From assembly GCA_012026655.1 (NCBI GenBank), contig JAAILG010000115.1:1-64000 (forward strand): a DNA stretch of 64,000 bases, read 5' to 3'. A model generated the notes under the pieces. That model had not been told where the DNA came from. It was given only the letters and a program-made list of their open reading frames with translations, and did no database searches. Below, piece by piece: positions 54,187 through 64,000 of this stretch; position 1 is the stretch's first letter; each line of letters opens with the position of its first letter. This DNA is from Hydrolagus affinis (lineage: Eukaryota). The position numbers and the translations under genes were made by a program.

Positions 54187-54494
54187 TAATAACAATCCTT
54201 GATATCGCGCTTTTCATGTCTTTTAAACTGCGTTCAAAGCGCTTTGCACTGTAAAGTGAATTGATTGTACATTTGTGGGCGAAACACGGCCGCCTATTGC
54301 CCGCAGCAGCGTCCCACGAACAGCCGTGGATCGAAATGACCAATTTATTACTGGCTTTATTTTCGAGGGATTATTATCAGGCATGTGGAGTAAGGAAATT
54401 TGCCCAAGATGTCGCCCTGTCCTCACCAGGAAACGAATCCAGGTCTCGCGCTTGAGAGGCGAGTCCTCTAACGACTGAGCTACAGGGCTCCACA
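54187..54494 (-). mobile_element. tRNA-SINE, full length, CpG-rich
   Basis: AATAACAATCCTTGATATCGCGC...CTGAGCTACAGGGCTCCACA. Confidence 0.86.
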
Positions 54495-57455
54495 TGGAGA
54501 AAGGGAGGAGTTGACTCTTGGGAAGACACCATTGCCAAAACGTACATTATTGAGCTTGTCAATGAGTGAATGCAATTACTGGATGGAATCGTACCAATTT
54601 GAAATCTATTTATTGCAGATGTCCGATTTGCAACAGTTGCAACAAAACAAAGGTATTACCTATTAAATTTACCACCTGGAGTAGAAATGAGTGAAAAAAT
54701 TCAATATTGTATAACATTATGAATGTCTAATTGTCCCTGTTATGACATGTCGCATATTTCTCCTCACAACTGCAAATCAATGATCAATTAAATTCACCAG
54801 GCCAATCTTGAACCCATTGTAAATCATTAAACGACAACAAACATATTAGTAAAATCACTTTATAACCCCACCCATCCCATTTTATCTAACATGGGATTGC
54901 CATAGATCGTCTGAAATCAAATAATGTGTTCCTCCCTAGATAATGTGAAACATTACATAACGAAATCGACATGTGGCATTGACAGCCATATCGATTTTCA
55001 ATGTATCTAACCCCGGAGTATTGCCAGAATCATGCAGTATATCTAATATCCAAGCTAAAACTCAACTCACTGGTGACATTTCCTGTGCACTGCTAATTAT
55101 ACTGAAAGATTGTGACACAGAAAACTATTATTTCACAAATTATCTTTAGTATAATAATAGGACCTGCAGGGTATTTGACACAATTATCAAGGTTCAACAA
55201 GCCTTTGCTACGTTATTTTTTTTAACAAAAACAAGAACGGATTATTGCTATTCACTAAAGTAATGTGCAGTACATTATTTTAATCCTAATTTAATCCAAA
55301 GAAGCCTTTGCTTTTGCATAGAAAACATTTCTCAAATGTCGCCCATGATTCTGGACAGTTAAATTCACTATCAGCTTGTTGTGCAATGTAATCCTCTGAA
55401 GAAATAGACCACGCATTTGTCACATTCTTAGATGGAATGTTCTGTTGCTGCAAAATCTCTTTACTACTATAGTATGGCAGTGCTGGCTACAGTTTGAACT
55501 CAAAGCAAACATTGCTTAACTGTAAACACAGTCTTAAATAATCATTCAGATACCAAAACAAACAGACACCAAAATCATCACACTCTGAACAGACCTATCA
55601 TAGTATTAAGAAGTTAATGTGTCGGGTTGGCTTATTAGGATTCAGACAGCAATAGTTTTAATGAAATTTATTTTCTCCTGACCAATATCTATATCTATCC
55701 ACTAAATAAATCCACAAGGGACAAATAATATCGATCTTGTTTTAAAAAGCACTCATTTGCTTAATGATTTCTTCTGGTGGTGCATGCCAGAAACAAATAA
55801 CTGCTACTATTAACACACCCATCTGTATCAAATGTTCATTTTCTCTTTCTGTGTAGAGATTCACTTTGACCGAAATGTTAATGGCAAAAATCAGGAGCTG
55901 GAGTAAGTATGCTATTAGTGATGTTATTGCTGCACACACTGAACTCTTGGCTGTATTAAGTATTGGCCGATTGGCTGTATGTAATTATAATCAAGAAAAT
56001 TAAATCTGCTAAACAAAAAATCTTATTAAAATAGCATTTTCTGTAGGTATAGTTTTTTTTTCTCATTTTACTTTTGTTTAACACTATCCCACAAGGAGGA
56101 TTGACTTGATTCTGATTTTCTACTGCCATGTGTGTCACTTTGGAGCCGACTCAGCCCCTTACCCACCCCTAAGGAGGATCTTTTATTTTGCAGATATTAA
56201 ATTAAATAGAGAGGGCTTCTGCAGTAAAGTGGAGGCTCACGGAAATTACATAGTGTGTGGTGTATTTTAAGTTGAAGAGGAAACAGGATTACAGAATGAA
56301 AATTACAATGGTTTTACCTCAACATATACACATATAAATATATATACTGTATATTAAACAAGATCCCTTGTCACCCTGTTTTGAGTGTTTTGTGTGACCT
56401 AATTAAATACATCCTAGCTCTATTTTCCACTAATATCACACTCTAAAGATAAACAGGAAACCTCCACACAGCAGTATTTCAGTCCAAGGAAATAGTAAAT
56501 AGATGTACACAAGGAAGCCTGACCTTCTGCTTTAAAATAAGTGACATATATGACTAAAATTATATGCAGGAAATCTCCTGGGAAGTGATTTCACTTCCTT
56601 TTGTATATAGAGTCTTTGTGTATTTACCGTGTTCCTGGGCAACATTAGTGACTCTCGATATAGGTATTTTTATGCACGAACCCCTTAATTATTAATTTTA
56701 CACTTAGAAAACAAATACTCATTTTTGGTAACCAGATGGCATCACTAGGATGCCGTGCTTGAATAACCTATAATTGCATCGCTCAGCAAATCAGTCAAAC
56801 TGCAAGTAAAAAGACTAATGATAATTACAGGTTTATTATACATGTTCCGAAAGTGAACATTACTGCACTACTTAAACACAATAGCAATTGTTGCAAGAAA
56901 ATAAAGCAATGTATGTAATGCAAATACAGTGTAGCAGTTAGTGTTTTATTTAAAAAGCACACATGCAGAATGTGATTTTAGTTCCCAAGTAGAGTATTGG
57001 ATGCTTTAATTTAAACAGATTTGTAATGGACAGTGTGCTTAGAAGTTGACTGCTGGTATCCACTGCGATCATATGTGTAAAATGTAGAACTCCTTTACGA
57101 CTGAAATAGTGACATTTGTAATATCCAATCAATACAATTACTTGGGATTGGTTTCTAAATTGACTACTTGTCCCACACAGACTATTTGTCAAAATCCTGT
57201 AAAGCAGTGGAAAGTGTTTTGCAGCACTCTAACAAATGCAAGGATTATTATGAACCGCCATCTATCACATTAATTCTGCAACATGTTTAAATAACCATCT
57301 TGTGACACACTTTCTACATTTTGTAAAACGTTTCTTAATAAGTCTGAGGATGCTGTACCATCCCTTGTTTCTCTGCTATCCTCATATTAACAATTTACTA
57401 ACTAGGATGAGCTATAAGTGTCCGTCCTTTCTATCTTTAAATGTTTGAAGAATAA

Positions 57456-57472
57456 CAGCGCCATCTGCAGAT
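57456..57472 (-). promoter_or_regulatory. Candidate CTCF site in the RXYLT1-SRGAP1 intergenic region
   Basis: Minus strand reads ATCTGCAGATGGCGCTG, close to the CTCF core CCASYAGRKGGCRS. Confidence 0.45.
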
Positions 57473-58169
57473 AGGGATTGTCACAAACTACTGTATTAAA
57501 CATAAAAATAATCGTCAAATCTTCTACACACTTTTTATTTCTGAACAAAGAGAATTACTGCAGTAATGGCTTATAAACTATACAATAAAGAATTTTCTGT
57601 TTGAAAGAGAACATTTAAAAAAAAGTCCAATACTGTCATTCACGTGTGGACAGTAGCTGGACTGAGGAGGACAAAAGGAAATTTAGTGCTTTGAATAGTT
57701 TATGAGACTAGGTTTAGACCAGTATAATTGGTGTAATTTTATATCCTATCAAACATGTAGAGGTTGAAATTCCACATGGATTTACTCGATTTATGTAGTT
57801 CAGTATTTCACTATGGGCCAAATAGCCTTCGTCTGAGCTATAAATTTCTATGGTTTAAGAGAGTCCTGTATAGCAATTTTTTTTAAAAAAAAAACACTTT
57901 ATTTTTGACATGGGTTTTTGCTAACTTCTTTCAAGAAACAACAAAAAAATCAGTTTCAAAGTTAAGGCTGAATTGAACAATTTGTCGCTCCAAAATGCTA
58001 CACAGAGTAAATTAGAGGTGAAATTTCTCGCTAAGAGTGTGGAGTTGTTTTCTAAACTTGTGACGTCTGAGAAACAAATATTTTAAAAATAATAGGTACA
58101 AATAGACCACGTTATGGTCAGGAACCATGATCAATCTGATTAAATTACTCAGAACAAATTATTTTCCAG

Positions 58170-58325
58170 TTCAGCACGGTCGAAGAGGAGGGTCTTGAGG
58201 CAGGACTTGAAGGAGGCTAGGGAAGGGGGGCGAGGTGGAGGGATTGCTGGATGGAATTCCAGAGGTTGGGGGCAGAGTGGCTGAAGTCTCCACCATCGAT
58301 GGTGGGGCGGGGGACATGGAGCAGG
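58170..58325 (-). mobile_element. L2 LINE fragment
   Basis: GCACGGTCGAAGAGGAGGGTCTTGAGG...GGAATTCCAGAGG matches positions 25-150 and 12300-12430. Confidence 0.75.
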
Positions 58326-58635
58326 AAGTCTCAAAGATGTGATAACAAATCCAAATTACAGCATTGTTTTATATCAAATATATGAATGTAATTCTCAGTT
58401 GTAAAACACAGATACAGTATACAAAGTACTTACTAGGTTTTGGCTCTCAACCATTTGTCAATAACCTGCGCAACATGACTGCAAATGCAGTGGTTTCAGC
58501 TGAAATTTGTATTGTAATATAAAACAATGAACAAATAGGTTCAGAAGTGTTTTGGAACTTCTAAACTTCAGAGTTCCTGCTACAATTCCTAGATCACTTT
58601 TCACAATAAATAGAAAAAGAGAAACTTTTTTGATA

Positions 58636-58941
58636 CAGTGGAAAGTCGATAATCCAGCATGGTTGGGACCAAGCACCTCCTGGATTTTGGAGTTTGCCAG
58701 TATTTAGAAACCCAGCCTAATATTGTATTTTACCGAGGTTGTTTTATTTATCCGATAGTTTTTATGCGTTATTTAACATGTCTTATGTGAAAAAATATAT
58801 AAATGTATAAAGAAATAAGTATTATTGCTTAAAAATAAATCAATTGTAAATAAATTGTAAATTGAAGTGTAATATTTTGAAATTTTGCCTGTTTTAGGGA
58901 GTTGCCAGCTTTCGGAATGTCGGATTATCGATGTTCTACTG
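58636..58941. mobile_element. Tigger/pogo-like MITE, ~306 bp
   Basis: TA|CAGTGGAAAGTCGATAATCCAGCAT ... ATGTCGGATTATCGATGTTCTACTG|TA imperfect TIRs around an AT-rich interior. Confidence 0.78.
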
Positions 58942-59959
58942 TATTGTGCTTATACGCACACTTTCAGGTTTTTAAACACACATGACTTGGGATTCAAAAT
59001 TGCTTAGCGTTAGCTCATTTAGATCAATTTTTTTCCCACTATGTCAAAGCAGAAATGCAATATTTCAGGTCTAATGAAGAGAGCTTTAAAAATATTCAGT
59101 CGTAAGGTTTCTCAGGATACTCGTAGGAACTGGCAAAGAGCCATTCAGTAATGTGAGAAAATAAATCCTACAGAAAGCTTGAGTTACAAAATACAAACTA
59201 CAGTCGATGTTCTGTTTAAATTCACATATTGTGGATCTGCAACCCCATTCATGGTGTTTATATAATTCACAAAGCACGGTCCCAGCTTTCAAAGTAAGTT
59301 GGAAGGCAGAAACAATACATCAAATATACATAAGAAAACACAAAGTAAAAATGGCCACATGGCACTTCAATTAAATTTTTTTTAGCAATAAACATTTCTA
59401 GTTTTTCAATGTGTAAATCTACAGCTTTTCTTCCAGGGGTAGGTGTGGGTTTACATTACTAAACATAATCCACATGGAAATTTCAATGTTTGAGAAAATT
59501 AAAAGTTTTGAGAGAAATTTGTTCCAACGAATAATTCAATTTACAGGGATTCAGTCACAATGGGAAGTGCTAGACAAAGACGGGCCCCTCATATTGCGGG
59601 CTCCCAAAGTAATGCAAAAAATCATCAAAATGGGAGGACTTGAGCGTGCTGTGCTTATCTTTTGTTAAAAATAGCGAAAACCAGAGGTCTCCCCAGCCCG
59701 GCGGAGCAGGCGGTCTGCCTAAGGAGGCATCGCACCCGTCAAAAGTAAATTTTTGCGTAAAATAAAATTGCGCATGCGCACTTATTAAACTTACCGTCAG
59801 TGACGGGCCCCCTAAGAAAATTTCACCGAGTAGTTTGAAGTCTTAAAAACACCTTTGGTGGTAGAAGTCATTCAACTTGTTAAGTCTACTCCGCTATGGA
59901 GACAACCATTGTATAGATGGATGTATGAACATAATTCCTACCTTGCCAAATATTCAAAT

Positions 59960-60216
59960 AAACCAAAATCTGGTGTGAAAAATCCTTTCCTGGTCGAAAC
60001 AAACTTTGGTTTTTATGGTGAAAATATGAAACTCACTGCCAGAGGCTGTGGTCAGAGCAAAAAGCATCAATATATGTAACAGCATACTTAAATGCCTATA
60101 GGAAAGAAAGAGAAGTACCGCAGAGGGGATTAAGAGGGTTGAAAGATATTGTTGAGTATAAACACTGGCAAGACAAGTTGGATCCAATGGCCTGTTTCAG
60201 TGCTGTAATTCTATGT
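59960..60216 (+). mobile_element. CR1-clade LINE 3' end, degenerate
   Basis: CCAGAGGCTGTGG...TTGGATCCAATGGCCTGTTTCAGTGCTGTAATTCTATG is a CR1-type tail. Confidence 0.6.
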
Positions 60217-61049
60217 GGAAAAATAAGGTTGATCCAATTTAAATTTAGGTGTGAACAGTTTGTTCAAAGGTACGAGATTTGATTCTGTACTGGTTAGAAA
60301 ATGCAACGAAGACACTGTGTGTGTGTGTATCTGTTTTATAAAAGCTAATGAAAGAACACAATGCACAGTTAAAATGTGAAATAATCGAGTTGTGGTATAC
60401 AAGATATAAACAAGGGGAAGTTTTAGACATCAGACAGCACTCAAATGGCTTTGATGATTTTCCCTCCTTCGTCATCTGTGCTCAGCTGCATGGCAGAGAC
60501 TAAAGATCTGAAATTTCCTGTGCTGAGCTATAGGCACGCAGCTAACCTAGAATTCCATGACCCAACACCCCAGTGTACTGGACCAAGTGTGGATTGTTGA
60601 TTAGACGGTGCATATGCCAGTTGCGACTTTAGTGCTGGCTTACCCTACAGCAAAAGTTCACCACTAGCTCACTGAGCCACTTGGGAAGGAATGAAAAACT
60701 AGCACTCAAACCTGGAGCAATTATCTGGGTGGATCAGGCACTCTATTCCCTTCACTGCGACATGGCCAATCCCTTATCTTGTGCATTTTTGTCCTACTAA
60801 AATGCCGCATAGAACAATTGTCTGGTACGAGTGATAAAACCCCAGATATAATTTCTCAGAAGTGCCTAACACACCCGTTATAAGAATATCTGAAGACAAA
60901 TGTAACCATCTATCAGTCTCTGCCATGCAGATTGTGGCAAAGAGAAAGATGTGATCAAGTGACTGCTTCAATTCTAGGCAAAATGAACCGGTGGTTTGTT
61001 CTCACAAATAAAATCTAAATCTCAGTTCGCTTTAATGCCCAACTGAAAT

Positions 61050-61170
61050 CAAAATATTGCAGATGCTGGAAATCCGAAGGAAAAAGAGGTCACTGGAAAC
61101 ATTCGGCAGCTCAGGCAGCTTCTACGGAGAGAGGAAAGTGAGTCAACGTTTCAGGTTTTTTTGTCGGAAC
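61050..61170. mobile_element. Penelope-like element terminal repeat fragment
   Basis: AAATATTGCAGATGCTGGAAATC...CAGGCAGCTTCTACGGAGAGAG...AACGTTTCAGG resembles an abundant chondrichthyan Penelope-type terminus (recognised from memory). A related copy lies at 61463-61580. Confidence 0.55.
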
Positions 61171-61462
61171 TCGCATTTCATGGAGGCATCAGTGATCGTG
61201 GGTGGATCTGAAGCAGGAAGTTTGGAATTTATGCTGGAATCCATAAGGAATGATTTGGAGCCTGACAACAGTTGCTGAGAAAGTAGATGTGGGTGTGAAA
61301 GCAATTTCTAGCAAACACATCTTCAAACACAAGAGAAACTGATAGCCAAGAAGCTGAACAGGGTAAAAGGGAAAGACTTAAGTCATGTAGAAGAGCAGAA
61401 CATCTTCAAGGTAGGAATTCCCAGGAAGAGAAGTGGCAATGAATTAAGCAATAAATAAAAGG

Positions 61463-61580
61463 CAAAATACTGCATATGGTGGAAATCTGGAATAAAAACA
61501 GAACTCACTTCTGACAAAAGGTTATTGACCTAAACATTAACTCACTTTCCTCTTTCAATAGATGCTGCCTGACTTCCCGG
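61463..61580. mobile_element. Penelope-like terminal repeat fragment containing both orientations
   Basis: AAATACTGCATATGGTGGAAATCTGGAATAAAAACAGAA followed by CTGACAAAAGGTTATTGACCTAAACATTAACTC...AGATGCTGCCTGAC. Confidence 0.55.
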
Positions 61581-61886
61581 CGACTCAAGATTCACATTGT
61601 CTAAGTCCAACTCAACTCATTGTTTCCTTCCAAGATGGAAAGAATGTTGGATCTTCAAGCAGACAAAAAAAACAGTGCATTTCTCACAATTAAAAATGGT
61701 TCTTCTGTGCAGCAATATTTCTGCATAGAAGAACCATTTTTATATTGTAAAATATATAGCTGCCAGGCTCTACTGACAACATTAAATATTTTATAATACA
61801 AATGCAAAGGTTATTATTATGAAATTACAAGAAAAAGTTGACATTAACTAGTGTTAGTGGTTGTGAAGGGAGGGATAATTACCCTG

Positions 61887-62289
61887 TTAAAAAAATCTAT
61901 TTTCAAGGATGCGGATGAATTTTTGCTTCAGTTGAGTTCTGAATTGCTTGTACCACTCTATGAGGACTTGTCTCCTCTGAATCTTCTCTGGCAGACTCAT
62001 TGCTTTTTCTTTTGCTAAAATAGCAGGTAATTCTCTCCAGTCTTTCACAAAAATGAAAGGTGCCCCCATTGACTTCAATAACCTCAATGGGGCATTGTAC
62101 AAAACTGACGAGTTGCCACACTTCCCTGGCGTCATGATGTCTTCAACCACAGGGACAGAACCATAGGCACAAGCTTCATAAATTCTATAGCATTCTGTAT
62201 TGATTCCCACTGGGCATAGCGTAAGGTCACTTTGCATCAAAGCATCCTGGTATTTCTTTAGACTTTCACTGCTTTCCTGAGGTAACCAC
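61887..62289 (-). CDS. RXYLT1: RXYLT1 last coding exon: [50 protein letters not shown]...[11 protein letters not shown]
   Basis: Lies within ORF 61887..62306 (-). Acceptor TTCCTTCGTTCTAG|G at 62290/62289; TAA stop at 61889-61887. Contains the exostosin/GT47-like motif [28 protein letters not shown] of TMEM5. Confidence 0.96.
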
Positions 62290-63114
62290 CTAGAACGAAG
62301 GAACAAAACCAGAGAGGTCAGTATTCAAATTGTACTTTGTGTCAAAAATATATATTATACACACACACACACACTTGCAACAGTTGTTTACTTAGTTTGA
62401 AAGAACAGTACTGTACTAGCCATATTATTATAATATTAACATACCATTACTGCCTCAATCTACATTTGTTTCAGGTTTCAGGTAATACTGCGGTTAAAAA
62501 AATTGTTAGAATTTATGGTCCTCAAGTTAGGGGATCTGTCACCACTGATTGTGGTAAAGGATGAGAACTGGTCATTCATGTCAACGTTGTTTGTTTGACA
62601 TTACTGTGTGCAAACTGGTTACTATGTTTGCTAGAAAACACACTACACTTTACAGTAAATCTCTTGAACCACCTTGAGACATCCACCTGAAGTCAACGGA
62701 CATATATATCAAATTTAAGGATTATTATTTTTATTATTATCAATAATAGCTAAACAAATCTTTACAGGGGTGCACTTTAATTTAGTTGAAAGACTAACCA
62801 TTTTTGAAAATCCTTTACAAAGTACACCTAGATGAACCTAAAAATAGCACACGTCAAGTAGAAGGGTAGTTGAGGAGAGGCAAACATGACAGTAAAGTGA
62901 AATACAAAGACAGTGCTAAATCATTTTCTTCTGGGCTCTGGAGTCCAATCATACGCAGACTGAATAATACAAGTCTTTTCTCACTGTTGTTTATGTAAAA
63001 ATCCTAACTCATGTGATACAATAACAACAATTTAAATTTGTATAGCATCTTCAATCTCAAACCAAGCTATCACAAAAGCACAATGCTGGTATTTCTTTGC
63101 AGATCGAATATAGT

Positions 63115-63368
63115 CAGGGCCAATCAGAGGGGAGGCCAGGAGGGCCATTTGGCCTGGGCCTCAAGCTCAAAGGGGGCCTCAAACTTTTAAAACATTTTTA
63201 CACATTTTTATTAGGTTTGTTTAAAAAATAATAATTTTTTAATTATAATTTCCTAATGCTGTAGTTATTAAATATGGTGAGGCCGTGACTTGGAACTTAA
63301 CCGTCATTTTTTGTTGTCCTCAAAAGTTGTAAGTGACCCGGGCCTCTCTGAACCTCTGAGAGGGCCTG
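63115..63368. mobile_element. hAT-superfamily MITE (254 bp) in the last RXYLT1 intron
   Basis: Perfect 8-bp target-site duplication AATATAGT (63107-63114 and 63369-63376). TIRs CAGGGCCAATCAGAGG vs reverse complement CAGGCCCTCTCAGAGG match at 13/16. Confidence 0.85.
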
Positions 63369-63429
63369 AATATAGTTAGTGATTAGTAAACTTTTGGGAA
63401 TAAAATTGCAGCTATTCAGTTGCAACAAA

Positions 63430-63570
63430 TCAACAACAACAAATTACATTTATAGAGCGCCTTTCACGTCGGGAGGACGTCCCAAGGCGCTGCACAGGGG
63501 GAGTGTGACCCGAGCTGGGAGGGGAGTGTTTGGGCGGGGGTGAAACACGAAGGGGAGGTCGAAGAAGCAG
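63430..63570 (-). mobile_element. L2 LINE 3' end next to the RXYLT1 donor site
   Basis: CAACAACAACAAATTACATTTATAGAGCGCCTTTCACGTCGGGAGGACGTCCCAAGGCGC is the reverse complement of the tail at 38160-38221. Confidence 0.85.
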
Positions 63571-63600
63571 ACTGATGTACTCTATGCAAAAGAAACCTAC

Positions 63601-63771
63601 TGTTCTCTGACTGAGATAAGACACATTGAATTGAGTTGTCCATGTCTCAACACATTGAGCAGGATTTCCCTGGAGGACTCCTTATACACAGTTCCTAGGA
63701 AATTACACAAGTACGGCCTTGAAGAATGCATCATTAGGTTGTTGAAATCCACAACAGGGAAGTTTCTGTAT
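63601..63771 (-). CDS. RXYLT1: RXYLT1 (TMEM5, ribitol-5-phosphate xylosyltransferase 1) penultimate coding exon, 171 nt: YRNFPVVDFNNLMMHSSRPYLCNFLGTVYKESSREILLNVLRHGQLNSMCLISVRE(Q)
   Basis: Acceptor TCATTTCAG|A at 63772/63771 and donor CA|GTAGGT at 63601/63600. The translation aligns with human TMEM5 YRNFPVV...RPYLCNFLGT...SAREH. CA plus the G of the next exon gives Gln. Confidence 0.94.
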
Positions 63772-64000
63772 CTGAAATGAGAATAAAATGTGATTATTAC
63801 ATATTCTTAAATATACGGAAAGGTTTCAATGTGCTGGAGCCCTCCCCCACTACAGTCAATTAAGATTTGGAGTTATTTTCAGTTACACGTTTACTAGTTA
63901 CTGCAGTGGTTCAGTGGTATTGAATCTATTCTGGCAAATCTTGTGAAGCAAGATCACTGACGAGTAAATCCACTTTATCGTTCATCGACTGCTTCAAAAA

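Noticed and set aside
61000-61886. RXYLT1 polyadenylation signal
   Set aside because: I saw no clear minus-strand AATAAA near the stop, only variants (TATAAA ~61738 and ~61789; ATTAAA 61031-36), so the 3' end is left unassigned.
62290-62306. MFLRS extension of the RXYLT1 ORF
   Set aside because: Intronic sequence upstream of the AG acceptor.
1-64000. CRISPR array, operon or prokaryotic defence system
   Set aside because: The sequence is spliced vertebrate DNA; its repeats are dispersed retro- and DNA transposons, not regularly spaced arrays.

Overview
Eukaryotic, AT-rich vertebrate genomic DNA. The repeat content (tRNA-headed SINEs with an L2-type tail, DeuSINE-like copies, L2/CR1 ends, Penelope-like termini) suggests a cartilaginous fish; this is an inference. 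Two genes lie in tandem on the minus strand. RXYLT1/TMEM5 contributes its last two coding exons (63601-63771 and 61887-62289). SRGAP1 contributes its CpG-rich promoter, coding exon 1 (51820-51886), a 42.9-kb first intron and exon 2 (8705-8900), and continues beyond position 1. This is the same order as in human 12q14. Almost all other ORF-track entries are noise or LINE remnants. I found no clearly new biological system. The best second-look items are: a near-perfect ~27-bp hairpin just past the RXYLT1 stop; two uORFs plus a G-quadruplex tract abutting the SRGAP1 AUG; a Tigger-like MITE carrying a ~440-bp internal palindrome; decayed Penelope-type hammerhead cores; a compact PBX/PREP-NF-Y-RFX promoter module; and inverted repeats bracketing SRGAP1 exon 2. 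Repeat boundaries were read by eye and are approximate.
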